Positions 25,680 through 38,669 of a stretch of 64,000 nt of DNA are shown here, piece after piece. How positions within the stretch are numbered: the first letter of the stretch is position 1; each line of letters starts with the position of its first letter. The stretch is from Octopus bimaculoides (taxonomy: Eukaryota): assembly GCF_001194135.2 (NCBI RefSeq), contig NC_068983.1:23055330-23119329 (forward strand), given 5' to 3'. Under the pieces are notes generated by a model. The model saw only the letters and a program-made list of their open reading frames with translations. It was not told the DNA's origin and ran no database searches. A program made the position numbers and the translations under genes.

Positions 25680-26075
25680 TAGTAAAGTGTCATGGGTATT
25701 ACCTCCCATCCATCCATCTTCTTTGTCCATTATTCCGAGAAGGGTTGTGGGGATAAAATCCTCAGGTATCTCCTCCGTAGGGTCCTTCCCAAACATGGTC
25801 AACCAGTCTCATTCTTAATCTATCCCTAGGTCTCCTGCTGATTGGCTCAGTTTGAAGAATCCTATCTTGTGATCCTTTCCTTAGACATTCTAATCACATA
25901 CTTCCATAGTACCAGGGATGTGGTATCTCGATGCAGTGCAGAGAAGTGGTGGTTTGACCTGGAGAGACTTCCTGTTCTCTGAGCTATGCATTCTGACTAG
26001 TAACGTTACTCCACATTTCCTTCAGAGAAACCCCATTTTGGCCACTTGTAATCGCAATAAAAGATTAAAACAACA
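25680..26075 (-). mobile_element. RTE-clade LINE ORF C-terminal remnant
   Basis: The minus strand gives RLQVAKMGFL*RKCGVTLLVRMHSSENRKSLQVKP, followed by degenerate RW.GHV.RM and GR.R.RW regions with stops and frameshifts. Confidence 0.75.
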
Positions 26076-27414
26076 CCACAGCCCTCACGCTCCAGGAAAT
26101 AGGCTATACTCAGTCTAAAAAAATACAATATTAAAAGTAGTTAAACAGCAGATACTTTTACAATGATTGTGAAGGTATATTAAAACTGAGCAGAAATGCA
26201 TACAAAGAAAAATAACATGCTTGAATCGTAATTCATGCTTAGGCAATATTTCAGTATACCGCATTAATAAAAAGGGTTTGAATAAAAATGTTTAAAAAAT
26301 ATATGCATGCAGTCATGTTTACACAAGTCAATTAAAATAGTCATGTGCTGTGTAAATAGTATTACTAATGTACGTGACCTTGCAGAAAAAGATAATGGTG
26401 GTTGGTGTTCCGTTAAGCTAAAGTGTGCCTCGTAGTGAGACTAACTGAATGTGTAGTAGTAATTTGCTCTGTTCTGTTGAGGCAAACCCAAGAGCTAATT
26501 GCTAGGTAAGAGGAAACTTTTGCCATCACTGTTTTTGTTTTAATAAATTATTTAGAATTTTTTTTTTTATTAATATACAATCAAGATTTTCCTTTGCATC
26601 GCACACTCTTTATCTTGAATATTAAATATAACTCAGATAGAGAAACCTAGTAAAACAATTTTACTCATTTATTACATGACATGGATCATTTTTTTAAATT
26701 TTATTTTATCCATTATTGATTTTAGTTGTTGTTGTAGTACCATCTTCAAAGATTTTTAGTTGATCATATCAACTCTAGTGCTTATTTCAATTTGGTACTC
26801 CTTTTCTGCATCCCAATGTGGCCATTTCCTCAACTTCAATAAGGTCCTGCCTTTTTTCCTGCTTTTGTCTTTGCCCCTTAATTCTATGGTTTGCTTCCAA
26901 ATATGAAATTTATTTTGTAAATGTTTGATAGTTTCAGCTATGAGGAGTACATCTTTGGTAAACATGAGTCACAAGGAACAACCAGTCTTAAACTCTTCTA
27001 TTATGGTCCAGAGGACTGTAATATAATATGTGTGCATGCACGCACGCACGCGCGCACACACACACAACATGAAGTTTCAATTAACCTAATATATACATAT
27101 GTGATAAATTTGACTCTACTGAAAGTATTATTCTTTCTTCAGTAAATGTTTGTTGCTTTTTATAATTTGAAAAGTTTAACATTAACACTTGTATAGGTGC
27201 AACATTATATAACACATTGATGAGGTAAACAACAACAAAAAAACAGTGTATTAGGTAGATGCTCAGCAGATGATGAAAACAAAAAAAATGAAATAAATTA
27301 CTAAGTTTTGAGTATTTACTCTTTTTCTGAAAGGACAAACAAGGAGAGAAAAAACAGAAGGACAAAAAAAAGAAACTAAGATGCAACCATATGGAACTGC
27401 AGAAGCTTTTGATG

Positions 27415-27423
<9 letters not shown>

Positions 27424-27484
<61 letters not shown>
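27424..27484. repeat. (TA)n microsatellite
   Basis: Directly visible. Confidence 0.97.
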
Positions 27485-27488
<4 letters not shown>

Positions 27489-27644
27489 AAAACTTCTGCT
27501 CAGTTTCTGGCTACCAAATTTCACTCATAAACTATTACCAATTCTGAGTCTTCCTTATATATATATGTAGTAGAAGACAATTGCCCATATGTGCTGAATG
27601 GTGAGATTAAATTAAAAACCATACAGTCTTATCCACACTTATTT

Positions 27645-27976
27645 GTCTACTCTTTTACTTGTTTCAGTCATCTGACTGCGGCCATGCTGGAGCACTGCCT
27701 TTAGTCGAGCAAATCGACCCAGGACTTATTCTTTGGATGCCTAGTACTTATTCTATCAGTTGTCAAGCGATGTTGGGGGGACAAATACGACACACAAACA
27801 CATATATACATATATACGACGGGCTTCTTTCAGTTACCATCTACCAAATCCACTCACAAGGCTTTGGTCGGCCCGAGGCCATAGTAGAAGACACTTGCCC
27901 AAGGTGTCACGCAGTGGGAATGAACCCGGAACCATGTGGTTGCTAAGCAAGCTACTTACCACACAGCCACTCTTGC
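27645..27976 (-). mobile_element. tRNA-derived SINE family B, young copy with an internal deletion
   Basis: High-similarity reverse complement of 38271-38669; CpGs retained. Confidence 0.85.
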
Positions 27977-28465
27977 TATTCTTCAAAAATGCTGAAGAGG
28001 TTTTCAAAAAAATCTATTTAGTATTTCTTTTACTGGATATTCAACTATATTATGAAGTTATTTATTTGCATTTACTTTCATGTGTTGAGGAAAGAGTATA
28101 AAAAAATCTACCAAATAATACTAGGCAAGGGATGGGTGTTGTTTTTTTCTTTTTCATTCTTTCAAATTTCTTTTTCATTTTTCATTTATGGTAATGTTAG
28201 TTTCTCCACCATCCCCCCACAACCTTGTCTTTGTTAACTAAAGTGTCGTTAAAGTCTTATCTATGTGCTTGTTCATGCATGTGTACGTGTGTGCACACAT
28301 GAGTGAGCATTTTAACTGTTAGGCAACATTTCATTGGCTTTCATATTCCCCTGTTGGAAAATTAAATTTAAAATTTAACTGTAGATTATTCACACCCACT
28401 TGCAACTTCATTTCAAAATGTTCATAATTTAAACAAACATGTACGCAAAATAATTTTTATTCATG

Positions 28466-28499
<34 letters not shown>

Positions 28500-31400
28500 T
28501 ACCACCATCATTATCATCTATTGTCCGGTTTCCATGCTGGCATGAGGTGAATGGTTTGATAGGAGCTGGCTAGGTAGGAGATAGCATCAGGCTTCACTGT
28601 CTGTTTTGGCATGGTTTTTACAGCTGGATGCTCTTCCTAACACCAACCATCTTATACATACACACACACACACACACACTTTTTTTTTCTTTTGTTTCAG
28701 TCATTGGACTGCATCCATGTTAAGGCACCAGCTAGATCAACCCCTGTACTTGTTTTTAAGTTTGGCCCTTAAAACCCTTTAGCATTCAGACAAAATATCT
28801 TCTTTTTGGCACAATACAAAGAAGTATGACTTAATACTTGTCTGATGAAGTGCAAGTCCATTATATTCAACCACACACTTTTCTATTATCTTTTACTCTT
28901 TTCAATCATTGGACTGCAATTATGCTGAAGCTCCACCTTTGAAGGCTTAGTTGAACTAAATGTCCCCATTATTTTGTTAAGCCTTCTTGGAGCAGGCTGT
29001 GTGTTGTATTCTTGAGCAAAACACTTTTTTCCATGTTGCTCCAGTTCACACAGCTGTAGAAATATGTTGTGACATCACTGGTGCCAGCCTTTCCCTTGGA
29101 TAACATCAGTGGTGTGTAGAAGGGAGACTGGTATGCATGGGCAACTGCTGGTCTTCCATAAACAACCTTGCCTGGACTTGTGCCTCAGAGGGGAACTTTC
29201 TAGGTGCAATCCCATGGTCATTCATAACCAGAGGGGGTTTTTACCCTCATTTAAGCTTAGTACTTATTCTACTGTTTTCTTTGGCCAAACTGCTAAGTTA
29301 CAAGGATGTAAACAAACCAATACTGGTTGTCAAGCGGTGGGTGAGGGACAAACCCAAATACAAAGACACATGCACATTTGCACAACAAGCTTCCACACAT
29401 TTTCTATCTGCCAAATTCACTCCTAAAGCTTTGGTCAGCCTGGGACTATAGTAAAAGATACTTGCCCAAGGTACCACGCAGTGGGACTGAACCTGAAACC
29501 ACATGGTTGGGAAGTGAACTTCTTGACCACATAGCCATAGCAAGTCTTTGAATCCACAATGGGAGCTGATGTGTGGATAATAGAAATAAGAAGCTAATAA
29601 ATACCCACCCTATCTCCTTTTTCTTCTTCCTCCTCCATTATTACCACTCTGAGAAACTATAGGACTTGCTTTGTATGCTAAGTAACTAATAAAATGGTTA
29701 GTCGACATTAGTAATTATCAAGTTCAGTGGCATACATCCTTAAATGATTGTTGATGACCGAATTCTTTTTCCTGCCCATCATTTATGGACTTGTCTTTGC
29801 AGAACTGTGTGTGTATTTGTGGGGTTTTTGTCTTGTTTCGTTTATTTTCATAACAGTCTTTCTTCGGTTATCAAGTGCAAATCGTTATCTGGATTCTCCA
29901 TCTCTGTGGACTCTTTCTGGTTTATATACAGATAAAAGATAAAAACTGTTCCAATGGATACACTTAGGCCTTCCTTAGTATACATGCAGTTTTAATGTGT
30001 GCATATGTTGATGCACATCAACGCTCACAATAAATACACATACATATGCAATCAACTAATCAATCAAAAAAATCAATATAGGATGGGTTTCAATGGACAT
30101 TTTTTTTTCCTTTCTATACAGGTTACTTTGTATTTGTTTTATTGCTGTTTTGTTATTGTTGCTGTTTCTTTTGTTTCATTGGACAGTTTGCTTAAGGGCC
30201 TTTATTTGTCTTTCCCCACCCATCCAATCTGTGATACAAAATTTTTCTCATACCCTTCAGGAGAGTGTTCATTGCATTTTGTATACACTTCATTTAAGAG
30301 CTGATATACAGATATTCATGTATCTGTATGTGTATATGTGTTCCTATATCTAGTTAATAATCTGTTGGTGATCCCAAGCTAACTATATTGATAGTAAATA
30401 TTAATTTGATAGTTATTGTATCTAAGAAACACAACACTGATTTGCATCATCTTTCTCCAGATTTCCATAGAAAATCAGTACTCTGATTGAACAGACTTAA
30501 GATCAAAATTATTACAGCCATGACTATCCATTTTGTTTTTATACATAGAATGTTATCCTGTGGGTTCCTCCTGTCTCAAGACAGTAAGAAATGATTCAAG
30601 GGTAATATAGCTGCTATTTCTAGTAAACCAGGCGACCACATAGAGGATCATGCATTGGCTTGTGCTGATGATTTTAATGTATATTGTGGTGGCTACATTT
30701 TAAAATAATTGCTTGGTTAAATAAAAGAATAATATTTCCATGAACTTTAGAAAAGTTAAGTCGGAATGCATAAGGACTTTATAGTCACTTTTGTAGATTT
30801 TACATTCTCATCTATTGATAGATATACCATTATGTCTCTGGACAGGGCTCTAAATTTGATATATTTTCAGGTAACTCTTGTTGCATAGATTGAGACTTAA
30901 AATGCACTAGATTCTTATCTTTGCAATAAATATTTTTAACAGGTATATCTTTTGCAAAGAGCACCAAAAACAAAAAAAAAAAAGCTAACTAAAAATAATA
31001 TGAATTTTGAACTTGGAACCTTTAGATCAATAGATCATTTATAAAGTCATTTAGCAATTTTGCCCTCGTTACTTATAATATTTATTCAATTTGTCACATT
31101 ATTGACTTCCGCAGTTTGTAACTGCTAACATTGACACTGTGCTACTAGCAAGTAATTGGTATTGTCTTGCATTAACAGAAGTCATGCCAACTAGTGCAAA
31201 GAAAGTGCTTTAAAAATAAATAACTCTAGTGGCAACAGCAACTACAACGTAAATACAAACCATCATTACTACTACTACTACTAATACTATTGTATATATT
31301 TTACATATATCTTTTTTTAAAGTGGGTCAGTTGGTCTATTGAGGACCATGTTTAATTAAAAACAAAAGACAAATATCACACATGTACAAATGTTGACATT

Positions 31401-34400
31401 AAAAAAGATTGGGTTGGTTTTTTTTTTTTTAATGACTCATAGTGGACACAGTAGAGTCCATGACCCATTTCAAGGCTTCCAAGACAAGCAGGAGGGAGGA
31501 GGTTGTCCTCAGACCAGAGACCTGGTCCTAAAGCTGGTATAGGGGACTTATCTACTTAAGCCCCTCATTTTCTGTAGAGAATAGGTCTTGATGACTTTTC
31601 TCCACTGTTCTGTCTCAGGGCTGTCATTTCTGCTCCTCTCCAGTTGGATCCCTACGTTTTTTCACTCTCAGTATTTTGCCATGTGTTTCCCTGAAGGAAT
31701 GCCTTCCTCTCCCAGGTTTTGATGGTTTTAAATTGTCATTGATGCTTCTCTAACTTGGCCTTTTTTTTTTTTTTTCTAGTTAGGGGTGTTGGCCCTAGTT
31801 GTACCTATTTTTGTCTCTGGGAAGTGGTGGTCTATATTAATCTGGCCTCATTCATTTGACCTGTCATGCATGGAAGCCCCTATCAGGAGCTTGCACTTTG
31901 CTGGCCTAACTCTGAGCATCATTGAGGCAGATTAATCATCACACTGCAACATGACTGGACCTTGTGGTTGGTACTGGGTGGATCCTGCTAAAGACAACCA
32001 AAAGCCTGGTGGTGGAGGCAGTGCCCCCACCCCAGTAACAGGTTAAACAGGATGATATTATTTGACACTTCTGAGCAATTGTTGTAATGTTGTAATGTAT
32101 GATTCACTAAGCCCCAGGGAGGTTTTTAAGAGTTAGTGCTTTGCTCTGTTTCATGCATGAAAAATAATTTCCACCTGGAATCATTCTATCACATGCAGTT
32201 GTTTAGCTCCAGGTTTGTCCACATTGAGAAGAACTATAATCAAAGGCTGTGATCAGCACATGTTTGTTTAATGTATAATGTATTCAGTGCTACATTCTTT
32301 AATGCATGTCTTTTTCCCAGGGTGTAATTCAAAGGAGATTTGGTCGCCATTTCTATGATTATGTAGATGTTCACCATTTCTTTGGTTTCCTTACCATAAG
32401 TAACATTCCCAGGTGATCTGGTACCTCTATTGCTGATAGTTAAGTCATGTTGACACAAGGTAGAATAAAGTGTTCTGATGTGAAGCAGAAGAAATGTATG
32501 CAGCAGATTTAGTCACACTAGAGCATTATACAAAATGTGTTGTAGTATTTGTTCCAGCTCTTTACATTCTGGGTTCAAATCTTGCCAAGTTCAACTCTGC
32601 CTTTCATTTTTCCAAGGTTGATACAATCCTTACCTCAAATTTCTGGCTTTGTGCCTATTATGTCAGAAATCATTATTATTACCATCTGGAAGTATTTGTA
32701 TGAGGGCATTCATATTTAACCCCATATCTGACCAAAATATTCGACCTGTTTTATGTTCAAACTGACTAGATCTGGGCTTTCTCTCACCTACCCTACAACG
32801 TCATTGTTAAAATAGACAATCACATCACTGAAATATCAAAGCTACAAGAAATTGCATGATTAATTCAAAAGAATGTTAATAAATAAGTATTACGTTTGAC
32901 AGAAATCTGAATACTACAGGATTATATTAAAATCTTGATCAAAATCTCATGCGATAAACAATATGGTGTTGCTCAACATCAGCCATAATACATAGATAAA
33001 TTTTGTATATAGAATTATAAGCCTTCATGTTGACTATAGAAAATAGTGTAATATTAGGGCATATAAGCACCTGTAATGGAAAAAAAAAACAGGCATTGTA
33101 CTAATAGGTTTTAGCAGTTATATTATCAAAAGCTTCATAGATCCTGATTAGATTGAAAATTAATTATAACATGGACACAGTCTATTTGTAAGTAATGTAG
33201 TCTCAAAAAGGACAAAATGTAAGATAAATATTTCTTTGTAGTTTTTGAAAAATTAAGAATTCAGGTGATATATTTCATGCATTGTTTGTCATTGAACTGG
33301 AATGACCATAAACTGTTGTGTGTACACAGTGTTGTTACATCTTGATTATTTTACTGGCTATGACTAATATAGCAAACTATAATTAGTTTGGCTAAAATAG
33401 ATTGCTGTTTCACTCACTTTGTTTCAGTTATATGCTTTTATTTTCTTTGTGTTTAGTTTCTTATTATCTGCCCTCCTCCAGTTCCTCTTCCGGCTGAAAC
33501 TAATATTTATGTTGATTAATTTCATAATAAATACTGTGTGTGTGTGTGTACATACATTTCTGTGTGTGTGTGCTGTGTACATGGTTAGCTGTGTGTGCGT
33601 GTCTCTTCAGAACTCCAACATTAAATCAAACCTCTCTTGGTCAGTATTATATTTATATTTGTATGTTTATTGTATACATCTTTCACAACTTATTCTTAAA
33701 AGGTTGTGGAAGATGTAGAGCAGAATATTTGACTCTGCATTTCATTTGCCAATATGCATAAAGATATTCTCCTTTATTTCGATGTTATTATACCACTGTT
33801 TTATTTCAAACTACTATTTCACCTTCTACAAATTATAGTAGCTATTTATAATGCACTTGACATAAGACACATCTCTATTTCTAAACTCAGAGGTATTCAG
33901 CCAAGTCCTATCTTTTTCATTACCACTATAAGATATCATTATCAATCTTGATATAGTTTTCACTATCACATTCCAGAAAGTAGATAGTTCATTTTTTAAA
34001 ATAATTATTACCTGTAACTTTTAGACACTGTTGATATGTTTAACTCTTTTGATATCAACATACCTGAGACTGCCCATTGGTTCTATTGTACAATATTCCT
34101 GTTTTAACCCTTTCATAATCACATTTCTGCTGAAATATACTGCCTTTGTGTCAATTAATTTTTAAAATAATTTATAAAAATACGTCTTTGTTAAAGCTAG
34201 TATTTGGAACATAAATTAACATGAAATTTTGCTAAGTTTTAATCTAGAACAGGAAGTTTTGTATCATGAATTATTTTACTAAATTCTTCATTATTTAAAA
34301 AAATTAATTGAAGCATGGGTAGTGTACTTCTGTAGAAATATGTTAATGGAAGGATTAATATAGTGTAACAGTTTTATCAGGTAAACTCGTTTAGCTTCTG

Positions 34401-34490
34401 AGTGTTTCCTGATCAAACAGACCTGTGCTCAGAGGTATTCCAGTCATACCTACATTAAGTGCTCAAAACCCTTCTGATGGTATTTCTTTT

Positions 34491-35119
34491 GGATCTATTT
34501 TAAAACGGGGGCGCCAGTTTTCATTTATGTTTTATGTAGTGTTTTTGGTAGGGAAAGACTTTCAAACTTCGTATACTTATCTATTTTGTGTTATAGAACA
34601 GAAAAATATTTTTGTATTCGAATTTATTTCATGTAAAAAATTGTCTTATTTCGATAATTTCTACTAATCACTGACGTCTATTCAGTTGAAAACAGTTAGC
34701 GCTATAACGGTGTATATCGTATTAATCCCCTAACCCTAACCCTAACTAGACTGTTAACCGTAACCCTAACCCTAACTCTAGAATCCGAACTCTAAAATTG
34801 TTACACACATAGATACTCACAGCGTAATTTATTATATAAACAATATATGCGTATAAATTACGATTAAACCGGATGAAATATGTCACAGGGAATAACATTT
34901 TTATGACTGCCCAGCAGTAACTCTATTGAGCTGAATAGACGTCAGTGATTGGTTGAAATTACAGAAATACGACAACTTTAACATGGAATAACTTGCGAAT
35001 TCCTTTTTGTTAAGAAGACTAAGAGTAAAAGATGTTTTATATGACACATTCTACCAGTGTCCCAAGTTTCAAAGTGTTTCGTTAAGAAAATACTGGCGCC
35101 CCCGTTTTAAAATAGATCC
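34491..35119. mobile_element. Non-autonomous DNA transposon, Merlin-like (perfect 28-bp TIR starting GG, 8-bp TSD TTTCTTTT)
   Basis: GGATCTATTTTAAAACGGGGGCGCCAGT at 34491-34518 and its exact reverse complement at 35092-35119; TSD at 34483-34490 and 35120-35127. The superfamily is inferred only from the GG terminus and 8-bp TSD. Confidence 0.85.
34728..34775. repeat. Interstitial telomeric-type (CCCTAA)n repeats
   Basis: (CCCTAA)3, spacer, CCGTAA(CCCTAA)2. Confidence 0.85.
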
Positions 35120-35294
35120 TTTCTTTTTCCTAAGAGGAAAACCTTCTGTAAAAGCTCTACAGGACGTTCATTTTCAATCTCCTTCAACCATTTGTTGGTT
35201 GTTATTATCATCATCATCATTATTATTATTATTTAGATTTGGTTTCACAGTACCTGCTCAACTGATGTATCAAATGAGAACTCATCTATAAAGC

Positions 35295-35333
<39 letters not shown>

Positions 35334-35996
35334 TCATAAGCTATTTACTGTGTACTCAATATCAGGTAGTGTAGATTAAGTTTTAATGGAGTACTAGTAT
35401 AATAATTATAGAAATTGGGTTTGAATGTATATTTTGTTGTGTAACTTCAAAATGTTTTTTTTAAAATTATTCCATGTTCCATTTATCCTGTTTTATTTGT
35501 TTGTTTACTTAATGTTACATATATCTGTGGGTATAATGACTTGAATGAAATGACATGAAAAATAAAGCAACACACACATATATATACATATACTCATGCA
35601 TACATATATATTCTATGATATTTTCTCAGGGTGTGGATACATGTTTTTATAGATGTGTAGATAAATTATATATACTCACCATGTCACCATACATTGTGTC
35701 AACACCAGCTTATATAAAACTAATGGCCCTCTTGTACTGGTGTGTATATTTATATCTACATCTCTATTGAAAGCATGAAGCCATGACCAGAGGAATAATT
35801 TAGGAATTAGTGTATATTTATTTTGATATATGAGATAATTCTACTTTATACTATAGATTACTCTGAAATAGTAGTAGAAAATAATCTCAGCACTACAACA
35901 AATAAATAATTGCTCTCTATTTCTGTGTTGAGTACTTATTTGTAAATTCAAATGTGCATATATGATTTATATTTATTTGTTATTTCTGTTTTTCAG

Positions 35997-37560
35997 AAAC
36001 TGGAAAATACCAATCAGTTATCAGCCTTTTCTCCCATTAAATTCTGGGGCCAAACTCCTCTTAGGCCAGGAAACCTGTCCTCTAAAACACATTATGAATC
36101 CAGTGAGGAACATGTTCATGATGTAGGTGGTAGTAGTTTAAGTGACCAATGTGACGAATCTGACAACAAATTGCATACAAAGCTTGATAAAGCAACAGAA
36201 AAAAGCATGCCTGGAAAACCTAATGAAAACAACTCGGTGAGTCGATTCAGTGAAAAACAGACAAATGGCTTGGTCTATGGCAAACATGATGACTATATTT
36301 TGAGCATGAACAGAGAAAATATATTTTTGGAAAAAGCACAACTTTATCAAGACAATACTAACCCATTCAAAAAACTGGAAGACCATAACAATGTTGGCAA
36401 GAATATACTTTCAAACTCTCCACTACAGACTCAAAAGTTCTACAGTATTAAAAATCCGTCCAAAGTTGGAAATATTAACTCTTCAAATCAGCATTTTTAT
36501 CAAATGGTCACTCTTGACACTGATTGGTCTACAGATTCGACCCATGATGATAATATACCAAAATTTTCCAACTACAGTTTCAACAAGACCACTGATTCTG
36601 GTGTTATTGCTGATATTAGCAACAATAATATACAGACTCCAAGTTGTAACTTTAGTGAAAATATTGATAAACCTTTACAGATTGAAACAATCACTTCTAC
36701 AGCTGATAAAATATGTTTCACTCCAGAGAAAAACAGCATGGAACAATCATCAGGGAAAGAGTTATCAACAACATCTGACTCAGGGACTGACAAGTCCCCA
36801 GACATGTCTATAGCGACCACAACAACAGCATCAGAGAGTTGCAGCTCCTCACAAAAATCTAAAAGAAAGATAAAAAAAGGCCACAAACCTGCTTTCTCCA
36901 GCTGCTCTTCTTGGTCTGGCGGAGATGCAGAAAATGCTGTTGAAAGTTCTTGTGATGCAAGTGGAGAAGAAAGTGGAGACAGTGATGGCTCAGATGAGTT
37001 TTCTACTGCCAGTGAAGACAGCCAGCATATCCTATATGAACGGGCCATGCATCCACAATCTCTTTGTAATGATAAAGTAGATTCTGCCAAAGTAGCAGAG
37101 CATTCATCGCTCCCTATTCAAAGAGAGGGAAGACGAAATAAAGAGAGGCCTTGGAGTGTTATTGAGCTTTATGAACAAAGCAATGGTCTTGACTTGAAAC
37201 CATTTTTCATATCTGAAAGCGCTCTTGACCAGTTACGTTCCCAGGAGGTATCAACTCCAACTAAAAATAATCAATCCTTTGATTATGCATCTGCTACATT
37301 TCCTAGATTAAAGAGGAAAGAAAATATTTTGAAATCCCTTCATGCAACGTCAGATGACACCCTGTCTCATCCAGGTGTGAAACGTAAACTTGAAAATGAC
37401 TTTCCAAAACTCTGCCAAATTCTGAGCAGCTTATCTCAAGAAAGCTTACTGAGACAAAGTTATCGTTCTGAGAGCGAATCTGAGACAAAAGAACTTGCAC
37501 GCCAACTACAAAACACAACCGTTTGTTCGGGTACAAGCGATACAGAATCTGAAAGTGGAG
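35997..37560 (+). CDS. klar: Large Ser/Asp/Glu-rich exon of the Klarsicht/AKAP6-like gene (521 codons + 1 nt)
   Basis: Lies within the 547-aa ORF 35952..37595. Acceptor tttcag|AAA at 35996/35997; donor GAG|GTAAGT at 37560/37561; phase 0-1. Confidence 0.92.
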
Positions 37561-38270
37561 GTAAGTTATTTTCAATGTTTCTATTTATAATTTAATTGTA
37601 ATAATAATGAGCTCGGGTGCCTTACCATTTGGAAAAGGGTAAAAGAAGTAATAGAAATAGCAATAAGTCAAATGAAGAAAGACAACATTGGTGGCCCAGG
37701 ATAAAACACAAAACAGAAAAGTAAACAATGAAAGAGCCAAAGAGGGTAAAGAATGCATAAGCATGCCAGGAGTAGTATTAAAAGTTACCAATTCCTCAAG
37801 CCAATGCTAGAATGCTAAAACAAAAAGTTATAAATTTAAGTGAAAAATAATAGTGTTTATACTCTCATTTTTACTTATATATTATTTTTATCAATTATTT
37901 TAGTTTTAATGGCTTTGCAAATGTTTATATTAGGTGTTGCAATATCTGTTTTATATTTGAATGTTCTTCCAGTTATTAACTCCAGGTCAGCCCTATTTCT
38001 GCAGCCTTATGAGCAATGGTCACACCATTCTCTTTTCAGGCATTGTGTTTCTCAGATTATCATATATATCAGCGTACAGGATGGAGTGTTGAACTTCAAA
38101 AAAATCACCCCAAAACTAGAGGTTGTCTTACATACCCCATATAAAATCTGAACCTTAAGTTACTGTGGTTTAGAATAGCACCAACGTCAATGGAGAACAG
38201 TGTGAAGGACTCACATAGACCCTATGATTCTACAGTGCAACATTTTCTACTGATACTTGCACATACCACA

Positions 38271-38669
38271 GCCGCAGGAGTGGCTGTGTGGTAAGTAGCT
38301 TGCTTACCAACCACATGGTTCCGAGTTCAGTCCCACTGCGTGGCACTTTGGACAAGTGTCTTCTACTATAGCCTCGGGCCGACCAAAGCCTTGTGAGTTG
38401 ATTTGGTAGACGGAAACTGAAAGCCTGTCGTATATAAGTATATACATATATATATGTGTGTGTGTGTCTGTGTTTGTCCCCCCAACATCGCTTGACAACC
38501 GATGCTGGTGTGTTTAGGTCCCCGTAACTTAGTGGTTCGGCAAAAAGAGACCGATAGAATAAGTACTAGGCTTATAAAGAATAAGTCCTGGGGTCGATTT
38601 GCTCGACTAAAGGTGGTGCTCCAGCATGGCCGCAGTCAAATGACTGAAACCAGTAAAAAAGTAAAGAGT
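38271..38669 (+). mobile_element. Full-length tRNA-derived SINE family B
   Basis: A-box-like TGGCTGTGTGG, B-box-like GAGTTCAGTCC, internal (TA)/(TG) tract and a GACTGAAAC..AGTAAAA tail. Confidence 0.88.

Noticed and set aside
32321-32410. Strong acceptor followed by a short open frame
   Set aside because: The 'exon' overlaps a reverse family E repeat (AAAGGAGATTTGGTCGCCATTTCTA), has no convincing donor and does not resemble the protein.
35952-35996. ATG start of the 547-aa ORF
   Set aside because: These 45 nt are the intron's pyrimidine tract and acceptor. The ORF end past 37560 is likewise read-through of a consensus donor.
36138-37575. Antisense and alternative-frame ORFs (82-172 aa) over the large exon
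   Set aside because: These are shadow ORFs of a Ser-rich coding exon with no independent protein features or splice signals.
38271-38345. tRNA-like A and B boxes
   Set aside because: This is a SINE head with no complete cloverleaf or acceptor stem. No genuine tRNA or rRNA genes were seen in the window.
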